Source of the DNA: Antedon mediterranea
Lineage: Eukaryota; Animalia; Echinodermata
Assembly: GCF_964355755.1 (NCBI RefSeq)
Contig: NC_092678.1
Span: 16,597,881-16,661,880, forward strand
DNA length: 64,000 nucleotides
Direction: 5' to 3'
Below are positions 53,770 through 64,000 of the stretch, one piece after another. The translations under genes were made by a program, and so were the position numbers. Below the pieces are notes generated by a model. The model was not told the DNA's origin and searched no databases. It saw only the letters and a list, made by a program, of their open reading frames with translations. Within the stretch, counting starts at the first letter, position 1. Every line of letters begins with the position of its first letter.

Positions 53770-56700
53770 TGATTTATTTATTAATTTTTATTTTTTTTCT
53801 ATATTTCATAAAACAGTATACATTACATAACTTGGTTACATTACAAAGTAATACAAAATAATAATAAAGTAACCTTTTCAAGTTACAAAACATATGGCTA
53901 TTTTTATACATAAATATCAATAGTCTAGCTATTTTTAAAAACAATGTACTTTTCAATTTCTTTATACCTCTCATATACCGATTTAAAGTGATTTATATGA
54001 GGTTTTTGTTCGTTAACTTTGCAGTTATAAATATACAATTTTACAATCAGTATTAAGTTATTAATTGCATGATTATTTCTATGATTTTCAATACCAAAAC
54101 ATATCCTTTCTTTATCTATAATCACTTTTCTTTTAAACTGTTGTTCAATAATAACTTGTATTTTCCTCCACATGACATCAATTATTTTGCATTCCACGGC
54201 GAACATGTGTATTAAAGTTTGCTTTTTTTCTAAACAAAATTCACAAATTGGTGATTCAACAATTGATATCTTATGTAGAAAAGAGTTAGTATAAATGATA
54301 CGGTGAATAAATTTATATTGAAAGTTTTTAAGTTTCGTATTGATTGTGCATTTATGCAAAGTTGTGAATATCATATCCCATTGCAATTGTGTATTATCCA
54401 GTTCCTTTTCCCATCTGGACTCGATTCTATCGGGCACTGTTGCATATTTTTTAACGAAATGAGAATACAAGTGTTTACAGCTTCTTTTTGTTTTCATCAA
54501 ATTATTTATTTTAGAATTTTCGATTATTAATTGTGATGTATTGTTTGCTTCCAGTGCCTTGGAATTGAGTGTACAATTTGATGGTAAAGTAAAAAATTTG
54601 GTTTAAAATTGTATCGTTCTTCGAATTCTTCTAAATTAAGAATTCGGTTGCTATGAGTCAAAATATCTTTAATGTATTTGATATTTTTGTCCCACCAAAC
54701 CTTATTTATATTGAATTCCTTGATTTCAAAACAAGAGTTATTCCATAAGGATTGTGATAATATTTCTTTAACAGAGCTCGGTTCTTTGAAACTAAACTCG
54801 CTCCAAGCTAATAGAACGTCTTTATTAAAACCATTGAACTGTTTAAGCATCGCGGAGGATGTTGAGAAGTTACTATAAAAAATAAAGTCGTTTCCAAAAT
54901 TATGTAGATCTCTTTGAAAAAAAAGTTTCCATTTACCATCGTTTTTTCCTAGATATCTTTTAACCCAACATGCTTTTAGAGCTTGACAGTAACTTTGAAC
55001 ATGTGGCATTTTCAACCCTCCCTTTTCTAGTTCGTTGCTCATGATTTTCCTTTTTATCTTATCAGGTTTTCCGTTCCATAAAAAATTAAACATCTTACTT
55101 TGTATATTATTGAAGAAATGATTTGGTGGGTCCGGTAAGTTTGAAAAATGAACATTTAAAATTGGCATAACCAGTGTTTTTATTATAGTAATTTTACCAA
55201 ATAAGGGAGTGAGTGGCCGAGCGGTTAAGACAGTGGAACCGTAATTACGTAGCCATAACATCGGCAGGGGTTCGAGGCTCACTCACTCCATGGTTCTGGT
55301 GGTAGAACGAGTCTTCTCGGATAAGGACTATAAACCGTAGGTCCAGTGTACACATCTAGCTCGTGTGCACTTTAAAGAACCTAGTACATCTTTCGAGACG
55401 AGTAGGGGGTTACCCCGGTGTATTAGTACATTACAGCCACTGATCACCAACTGGGCCCTCTGGGAGACCAGTCTTTGACTGAAGAGGTTACCCAGTATAA
55501 ATATATATTCAATCTTTGTTCAATCAATAAGGTTAGGGATCTTTGCCTCCACATGTTTAATATTTTATCGATATCTTTAGATTTTTGTCGAAAATTTAAA
55601 TCAAATATATTATCTAAATTACTTGAAACATTTATACCAAGGTATCGTATGGGTTCATTAGTCCATATTATGTTTTGTTTGGTGGGAATTTTATAATCCG
55701 AATTTCTTAATGAGCCCAATCTCATTATATTACTTTTTTCATAATTTATCTTAAGCCCTGAGGATAAAGCAAATAAGTCCAAAATGTCCATAATGGGGTT
55801 TATTGAATTGGAATCGTTTATATAGAATACCGTGTCGTCAGCAAATTGACTTAATTTAATGTTTACGTTATTATATTTTCTATTTTTTTTTTTTCTTCTA
55901 TTTGTTCTGTTTGACGGACTGCATTGCCTAGGATTTCCAAACATAGAATAAACAAGTATGGTGATAGAGGGCATCCTTGTCGTAAACCACGACTAAGACT
56001 AAAGAATTCAGAAGAAAACCCGTTATTAATAACGCAACTAAAAATATCATTATAAAGAAGTTTTATCAAATTTATAAATTTATTTTCAAATCCAAATTGT
56101 TCTAGTGCATAGTAAACAAAGTCCCATCTTATTTTATCGAATGCTTTTTCAAAATCTACAAAAAAAAGTAGATTCGGAAGATTATTTCTTTGTGCATGTT
56201 CAATAATGTCAAAGAGAAGTTTTATATTCTCGCCAATGTATCGTTCCTTAAGGAATCCAGTTTGATCAGGGCTAATCACAGATGGTAATACTCCTTTTAG
56301 TCGTGTCGCAATGGTCTTGGAAATGATCTTATAATCGACGTTCAGTAATGAGATGGGATGCCAGTTTAACAACATTGGCGATTTCTCTTTTTTTGGAATC
56401 AATGATATTACCCCACGCCTTTGTGAAATAGAAAGACTACCTTTTTGAAAGGAGTATTTGAATGAATTTGTTAGGGTTTGGCTAATTTCAGTCCAAAAAC
56501 ATTTGTAAAATTCAGCTGGGAGACCATCGGTTCCTGGTGTTTTATTGTTATCCATTTCATTTAGGGCCTCAAAATAATCTTTTTCGGAGAATAGAAGTTC
56601 ACATTTTATTTTATCTTCGTCACTAATTTTTTTATTTTAATTTGTTTGAGGAAGGCGTGTTGCAAGTCGTTTTTTTCTTCAGATTTGTTCAGTGTTTGGT

Positions 56701-56770
56701 AAAAAAAAAAACTGATTTATTATCTTTAAAATAAAATGTCGTTTTTTTTCTAGAACCTGTAATCAACAGG
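53770..56770 (-). mobile_element. 5'-truncated, frameshifted L1/Tx1-clade LINE ORF2 (reverse transcriptase plus C-terminal zinc knuckle)
   Basis: KTPGTDGLPAEFYK, PISLLNVDYKI, DFEKAFD, GLRQGCPLSPYLF, QFADD, RYLG, LTLFGK, GGL and CEFC..TLIHMF..C are spread over four broken ORFs. Ends are approximate. Confidence 0.93.
55207..55525 (+). mobile_element. Full-length tRNA-derived SINE with a Deu/Nin-like central domain, inserted in the LINE
   Basis: A box TGGCCGAGCGG; B box GGTTCGAGGC; central ctcggataaggactataaaccgtaggtcc..gagtagggggttaccccggtgt; ttcaatc tail repeats; TSD aataagg at 55200-55206 and 55526-55532. Confidence 0.88.
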
Positions 56771-57189
56771 TTTATAAGTTAGTGTTTCACGGTAGATATT
56801 AAGTTTAGCAAAGACTGGCCTAGCTAAGCCTTCGCCGGCGGCGTATTCAGTAAAAAGTAGGTCACGGGGTCAGCGTACTCTAAAGGTGTCAACCACCAAA
56901 AGGTGATGGGGGGGAGGGGCCTAGGTTTAAGTAATAGACAGTATAGTTTTAGGAAAAAACAATAAAATAACAATATATGTATTAAATAATGTCTTAACTT
57001 TTCTTTCTCAATATTGTTCTTTAAAAATATATTCTAATCACTCAGATAGTTGAATTTACTTTACAATTGTCAGTCTATAGGCCTATATGCTACCTACTGT
57101 ATTCCATTTATATCGTAGGCTTTATTAATACAGTATACCCAGGGGAAAAATATTACAGTACATTATGATTTTGTTATTTACAGTATATT

Positions 57190-60100
57190 ATGGATTTTCA
57201 TAACTCTTCCCAAGATGGGATATGCTGTGCCTGTGGGAAAAAATTTAAATCTCCAACAAAAGGTTTCCAAAGAAAAAGAAAGCATCCTACAAAACCAGAT
57301 ATGAATTACCAATCAGCATTTTTAAAGTTTGACCATGAAGTATTTCCTTGTAACATTTGTGTAGATTGCAATATTCATAGTTCAAGACGGTTGCAAGCTT
57401 CGATTTAATTTTGGTTTTCACTCTGATTGTTATTGTATTACTTGTTATTTGTTCAGAGAACAATCAATAAACTATACTAGACTCAAGCGACCAATCACTA
57501 TTTCTTTGAAAGATAATCAAGATCAGCACCATTGCACAACACATGAACACAGGCTTTTTAATTTACAGCAGGCTAATGATTTGTATTTGTGTCTTATTTG
57601 TAACAAAATTTTATGTCCAAATTATTTAGTTTCTGCGTGTGGCCACAGTTTCTGTAATGAATGTGTAAACTCCATATTTTCTGTTTTACTTCGTAAACAA
57701 ATTCCGTGTTTCATATGCAACAGTCCACTAATTAAATCTGATTTCGCACCTCCCCAACCTCTGGCAAAACAGGCTTTACTTGATGTTAAAGTATTGTGTA
57801 CGAATTGCAATGTCACCACAATTTACAGAGATTCTTTTAACGGTCGTCACATATGCATTCCTAATGCACGCGTCATTCAGGAACAGAGGGAGTTGGAAGC
57901 AATGACACACAGCATTCTTGAAGTTGTCGACAACACAAATCATATCCACAAGTGTGTTCAACAGCTTTCAGATAAAGTCCTTTTGAAAAATCTGAAAGAA
58001 AATGAAGGTGAACACAAAATTCACACAAGTAGAAGGGTAAGTAATAATTAATGTATAATGCAGTATAAATACAAAATTTAAAATAGATTTCATACATTTT
58101 ATCTTGGGTTATATTTTATATTATAGCCGAGGAAGGCGACTTTAATTACCAACACTACATACAAAAGTTCTGAGGTGTCCAATAAAACCTTCCTTAAGCG
58201 AAGAAGAGAACTGGACAACCTTTCAAACAAGATAAGCAACAACGACATACAACGACATCGGCTTGATCAGCTAAAGCATTCTTCCCAAAGTGACCTCCAA
58301 GAAGCTGGCATTCAATCAACGTCAATGTCAGTGGACAAAGCCTTAGCAATGATTACCGATTGTAATGTGACCTGGGAACAGCTGAGAAAGATAAAACGGT
58401 AATAAAATTTATGGGTTGACCAGGTCCAGAGACATAATTATAAGCCAAACCATTTAAATATTAAACTTAGGTATATCACATTTGTGTTGATAGATATTCT
58501 GCTGGTCAGAATATTCCTTCTGAAAGGAAAATATGCAAACGTCAGGAAGAACTTATTGACGGAGTATTTATGGCGACTACACAGAAACTAATGCAAAGAA
58601 GCACAAGGACGAAAGGATTAAGTCTCACAGATTCAGCTGTTGTTTGGATGACAAAGATTGAGGACACAATTGGAGCTCATTTAGAGCAACACTTCATGCA
58701 AGTTATTATAGTTTTAAATGTATATTTAAAAAAAAAAAACAATTGTTTTATTAAAAATTCAAGATTGTTTTTTTCATAAAATGTGAATAATATTTTTGTT
58801 TTATAGGTTAGATAACCTGGTTCCATTTAACAACGAAATATGGCTCAAATTTGGTGGGGATCAGGGGGAAGGCTCTACAAAATTTGAAGTTCAAATTCTT
58901 AATATCAAGAGCCCGAATGCAACAAGAAATGTTATAGTGGTGTTATTGTTTGAGGCCCCTGACTGCTTGTATAACATTGAAGCCACCTTGCCCAATGTTT
59001 CTTGTGAGATTTCCAATATGAATGGAAAAAAATGGAGGTATGTTGAATTTTGATTTTGAACATAACTTTGATTTATTAGATTAATAATCTGCTATGATTA
59101 AAATAAAAACTTTGTTGTATATTAACAGAGATTACACATTGAGAATGTTTGGCTTTGGGGATTACGCGTACCTGACAAAATTATATGGGTTACTAGGACC
59201 AACTGGTAAGTAATTTATATCAAACCTAGTATGTCACTATTGTATTTTAAGCTTGAACATATTTTATAAATGTATTTTATATTAAAATTTCAGGCCGTTA
59301 CCCTTGCCTGTTTTGCACTTTGACAAATCGGGAAATCCATGCAGGGAAGACGCCAGATGTAGCATGAACACTTGCGCAAATTAAGAACGACTATTCAAAG
59401 TTCAAATTGGATGGCCGAAAGGAAAAAGCAAAAGATATTTCTCGTTGTGTAATTAGAGAACCTCTAGTTGAGACAGAAAAAATCATGTAAATATTTTTTT
59501 TTTCCTCCATATAATATTTTGTGCCAAAATGTTTAAATCCAGTAAAAAACTTACCTGTCTTTTTTCTCAGGTGTCAGTACCATCACTGCACATCTCACTG
59601 GGCATTTTCAAGCGCCTTTATGACATGCTAGAAAATGAAGGTCATCAAATCGATATGATAATTTACAATTCAATGCTTAAAATAGCTGAAACAAGCGAAA
59701 GTGATGAGGAGGAAGAAGATGAATTTGACAAAAGGCTAAAGCAAGAAGTCAAAGAGAACATGGGTATGCCAAAAATTAATATTTAACCAGATTGTTAATG
59801 ATCACATTTTTTTAAATATTATATTTTGGTTTTAAACTTTCATACTATTTTTAGCATTAAAGATAAAGAAAGAAAAGCTTCAAGAAGAGATAGAAGAAAT
59901 GGAAGACCAACTCAGTTACTTCAAAGGACATGACAGACAATCAATTGACAAGGATATAAAGACCATTATCAAGGCAAAAGAAGTGGTCTCAAATATTGTG
60001 AGTAACTAAAAGATACTTTTCAAATTCTAAATGTTCTGTATAAACTTAAAAAACAAAGAACTTTGTCTTTATTTATAGGAGAAACAGCTTGAAGGAAACC

Positions 60101-60916
60101 TACCTTTTGGTATAGGTCCCATTGTAACAGCGCTTGACGATTTTTTGAAAGAAAATAAAATTACACGTCAACAGTACCACGGTAAAGCCTTCAATGGAAA
60201 CCATGTCCACAAAGCTCTGCAGGTATTTAGTGTATAAAATAAATAAATTAATATGAAATCATACCTGTATTAATTTTAAATAAAATTGAAATGGAATCAT
60301 GTATTAATCTTAATAGCCTCCCGTAATTGAGAAACTCTTCCAAATTCCTGCACAAGTCCTGAAAAAAGAGGTAGAAAAAGTTGGGATTGCGAAAATGAAA
60401 CTCATCAAAGCAAAGCTGCAAGAATTGGAAGAGCTTAAAACTCTTTTCATTGGATATGGTCAAGTACATAACCAGATGAATCGTTGTAATGTAATGTCTG
60501 AAGCAGATATCCAAAGGCTTGGTGAGTTTTAATTCAAAACACACATATGATGTATTATGTCTAGATTCCACATACAATTCATTTGTTTATATTCTTATTT
60601 TCAGAATCTGACATATGCCTATTTATTGAGGCATACAAAACCAAATCTGACCTCATCCCCAAAATTGCATATGCTTCAATTTCATGTTGGAGAGCAAATG
60701 AGAAGATGGAATTTTGGTCTTGGCCTCTTGGGAGAGCAAGGTGGCGAGGCGATACATGCCGTATTCAATAAAAGACGGCGTTTTGTTAGCGGCATGCCAG
60801 ACAAAGCAAAACAAAATCTATCAATAATGCGTTTGCATTTTACCACCACAATACCTATTATTCAAGGTGAGGTTGAACAGCCAAAACAACGAAAAAAAAG
60901 TAAGATATTACTATAA
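57190..60916 (+). pseudogene. Chapaev-type DDE transposase with a RAG1-like N-terminus (Chapa zinc finger plus C3HC4 RING), 12 exons, apparently inactivated
   Basis: Exons 57190-57389, 57457-58036, 58127-58398, 58494-58697, 58807-59037, 59129-59205, 59294-59486, 59571-59763, 59855-59997, 60079-60222, 60317-60521 and 60605-60916. Motifs: H-x7-CCACG..D..FPCNICVDC; RING CLIC..CGHSFCNEC..CFIC; WLKFGGDQG; FGDY..YGLLGPTGRYPCLFC; PSLHISLG; RQQYHGKAFNGNHVH; PKLHML..H; GLLGEQGGEAIH. Lesions: in-frame TGA at 59365-59367 and frameshifts near 59480 and 60640-60660. Confidence 0.88.
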
Positions 60917-61766
60917 ATTGTTCACATACTTACTTGATGTTGAGACTTGTCAAGGAAAAATTTCATTTTGTAATTTTGTTTAGCAAAATTGCTAATCAAA
61001 CTGATTTTTGAGTCAAGAAACATAGTTTTGTATTGTATTTTTTGCTACACAATTTTAGAAATGTGTAGCAATATTGTTGTTTTGTATAGCTTTTTGCTAT
61101 GCTACACTGGCGAAATTATTCCCTGCTTGTAGCTTGTGTGTCCCTCGTGTTTCTATATATTATCTTATTATATTGTATACAACCATACTACGTTGAAACA
61201 CCTGTTATAGTCTGATCCCCACAGTTAAACAACGTCAGTAAAATCTTGTCTACTATACTGTACAACTTACACTCTTACTTTTCTTACAGACACAGTCAAT
61301 GCAAGCATTGAGTGATGTCATCAGCAATCAAGCAATTTCTGATCTGAAAAATAAAATTTTGCTATTAATTTAGCAGGTTATTGGATCTATTGGATTTATA
61401 AAATTGATTATTTCTTATACTGTTATTGATATTACATTTACAGTATTTTATGAAATCAGTTTCCAGTTATAATCATATTAAATATATTTATATGAACTCA
61501 TATTTAGTTCTATATATTTTTATTCATGTAATTAAAATTTCTGTATAATCTAAGGTTGAAAAATATTCAAAAAGTCATGTATAAATACACCTACCATGAT
61601 CGATCGTTCAGGCCATGTTGTAAAATGAAATAAGAAAAATGAATGGTTTCTTCGAGAAATAAAAGCCCTTGGAAGACAACCTCATGAATATTTATTTTTT
61701 TTTGCCATTCAAACGTTGTCATTGGTCACTTTTGTTTAAAGGTAAACACACGTGTTTACTCATGGA

Positions 61767-62575
61767 CAGAGCCATTATATATAAAGAGTTACGACATTGA
61801 AGATTAGAAGCCATGTTTGTGTCAAAGAATTCGCACGCTGAGGGCGCGCGCGTCTTATTTGTATAGCGTTTTCCGGTAGTTCATGCTTTATTTTTAGATT
61901 TTTTTGTCTATGAAATAATGCTTATATTCCGTTTTTATTTTAGTAATTAATTTTATTAATGGTATTAATTTTGTAACATATATATATTGTGTCTATAATA
62001 ACAAAAGAATAAATACTAGGGCCTACATGCAAGTCAGGATACATCAAAGCATGAACCAATACAAATTCACCCCTCTTTTTATACAGTATATGCTCTCTGT
62101 GTGTTTTTGACACAAACTTTCAGAGACTCGTTCATCATTTCATTTGTAATAATTTGCCTTTATTATTTAAATATTGTTCATACCCTTTTCAGTATATTAA
62201 CAAATATATCCACGACACTTTATTATTTTATTTAGTCATCAAAGCATGCATTATGAATTGAAAACATTACATAATTGTTATTAATGGGACGTAGTTATGG
62301 GATGTTTTGTTCCAAAATCAATCAATCGAACGTTATAATGTACTAGCGTACGCGCGCGCAATATTCTTTGGCGCAAGTGGTTCTGTACGCTGTGCACGTC
62401 GATATTCCACCGTAAAATGTGCAATTACATTTTTTTTGATATAAGAAAAAGTTTAAAGTAATTTCTTGCTCCTATACTTTACATGCATTAACGGAGACAA
62501 GTTTGACACAAATTGATCTGCATATCACGTGACTTAAATCCAATGTCGTAACTCTTTATATATATTATGGCTCTG
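61767..62575. mobile_element. hAT-type MITE, 809 bp, with a perfect 8-bp TSD
   Basis: ctcatgga|cagagccattatatataaagagttacgacattg ... caatgtcgtaactctttatatatattatggctctg|ctcatgga. Confidence 0.9.
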
Positions 62576-63089
62576 CTCATGGATATTGTAATGCGCCCTC
62601 TAGTGTATAGTATAATGCGCGGTTTGAAAACTGAGGGCGTCCTACTTATTTACTCGCGGTTGCATGACTGAAACAGTTGTGATAACGACAAAAAAAAGAA
62701 AATGAAATGAAACGTTCACAATTTATGAATTATTTTTTAATCATAAGGCTAAAAAATGATAGTTCAGCTAAAAAAAAATCTATATCAATATCCAATATGC
62801 AACAACTAAGAAAAAGTGATTTGTTGTAATTTTGTTATGGACGTACACGTCACACCTAAAATTTACAAATTTTGCACAGCCAGAATTTGTAAATTTCTAG
62901 GGAAAAATTATAATTATTATGCATTTCCTTTTTAAAAACATTAAAATAAATTGCCCTATCATGTTAGAAAAATATTTTTACATTATATGTTTGTAAATTG
63001 AATTTGTAGCAAAATTCAGAAAAAAAATCTAAAAAAAAAACATTTTTTACATGTACATCATATTGTTGCTGTGTGCATTCACTCTAGGG

Positions 63090-63540
63090 CCATTTTTTAG
63101 CACATGTATCTTTAAAACTATTGATTTTGTTACTTCATTGATTGAAAAAATGGATTCAGGATCAAAAGGTTTGCTAGGATAACAAGTTGTGGTGTGTTCT
63201 AGGGGTTTCAGTATAAAACTTATGTCCATTTAAATATCGCGATTGGAGCAATATGTGCACATTAATTATGCACTTGAGCCATTTTTGACCATGTATATCT
63301 CTTAAACTATTCATTTTGTTACTGTGAATGTTGCAGAAATGGATTCAGGATCAAAAGTTTTGCTAGGATAACAAGTTGTGATGTTCTAGGGGTTTCAGTA
63401 TAAAACTTTATGTCCATTTAAATGTCGCGATTGTAGCAATATGTGCACACTAATTATGCACTTGAGCCATTTTTGACCATGTGTATCTCTTGAACTATTC
63501 ATTTTCTTGCTTTGAATGTTGCAGAAATGGATTCAGATTA
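63090..63540 (-). repeat. ~190-bp tandem array in the right arm (2 full units plus 1 partial), inverted relative to 52009-52848
   Basis: Reverse complement of the left-arm units, including the same variant innermost partial unit (caaaatcaatagttttaaagata). Confidence 0.92.
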
Positions 63541-64000
63541 AAAAATTGTCTAAAATTGAATGAATTGAAAGCACTCAGAGATAAAATGCTGAAATTATGA
63601 TCTTCCGAAAATTGACGATAGCATGTTTTACATGGAAATTGCTATAAATATACACAAAATGGCCTAATTTAATAGTCATATTTGGACATGAAGGAATAAA
63701 GACACCAAACTGGTAATTAGAACATAGCTGAATCATGTATTGATAAACTTACAATGATGAGTTTCAACTTTGGGAATAATTGCCCACAAGGTCAAAGTTC
63801 AAAACGAAAAAGTAATGATTTTTCGTATTTTGTGTCCCGAGTGACTTTTTGACGCACAGTTTACCCATAAGATGCATTTTAAAAATGATGAACTTTTTTG
63901 TATGGATACATTAACACCATATGTTAATAATGTATAGGAAAAAATCAATTTAAAAATGTATTTTCATATTTAAATATGGGGTAAAAATTGCTGAAGCTGT

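Larger units (their letters stand above)
51164..64000. mobile_element. Giant composite element bounded by very long inverted arms (left 51164-~52848; right ~63090 to beyond the window); GGG terminus, Sola2-like or foldback-like
   Basis: 51550-52010 is the reverse complement of ~63540-64000 (roughly 90% identical by eye). Both arms continue inward into the same ~190-bp tandem array. The left terminus gggtcattccatgcc is inferred because its partner is outside the window. Confidence 0.8.

Noticed and set aside
55207-55285. tRNA gene
   Set aside because: A and B boxes are present, but the sequence continues into a SINE body with a tail and TSD, and a second body copy exists at 22722.
59365-59367. 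Selenocysteine or readthrough TGA in the transposase
   Set aside because: The position fits an Arg codon mutated at a CpG, and independent frameshifts indicate decay.
56788-63000. ProtoRAG/RAG1L-RAG2L transposon
   Set aside because: No kelch- or PHD-like exons were found downstream on either strand, no RSS-like heptamer/nonamer TIR pair was seen, and the D-D spacing and motifs fit Chapaev better than RAG1L.
51164-64000. Polinton/Maverick
   Set aside because: Long TIRs are present, but there are no protein-primed polymerase, integrase, ATPase or capsid ORFs and no (AGT)n-type terminus.

Overview
AT-rich, intron-containing animal genomic DNA. An invertebrate, probably a deuterostome, is inferred from a Deu-domain-like SINE; the species cannot be determined. 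Four host genes were reconstructed by hand from splice sites: the last six exons of a DEG/ENaC (ASIC-like) channel (+, 3531-5716), a complete ARL8 GTPase (-, 12019-18393, 186 aa), a complete cathepsin C (+, 18852-26934, about 451 aa) placed head-to-head with ARL8 across 458 bp, and a RING-CH/MARCH-type ligase with two transmembrane segments (-, 33861-35806). Introns and intergenic DNA are dense with non-autonomous DNA transposons, several with verifiable target-site duplications (TSDs). The most striking structure runs from 51164 to beyond 64000: very long inverted arms with ~190-bp tandem arrays. They enclose an L1/Tx1-type LINE (interrupted by a SINE), a 12-exon decayed Chapaev-type DDE transposase with a RAG1-like N-terminus (Chapa zinc finger, C3HC4 RING, further Zn motif), and a hAT-type MITE. 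No RAG2-like gene was found. All alignments were by eye and no database searches were run.
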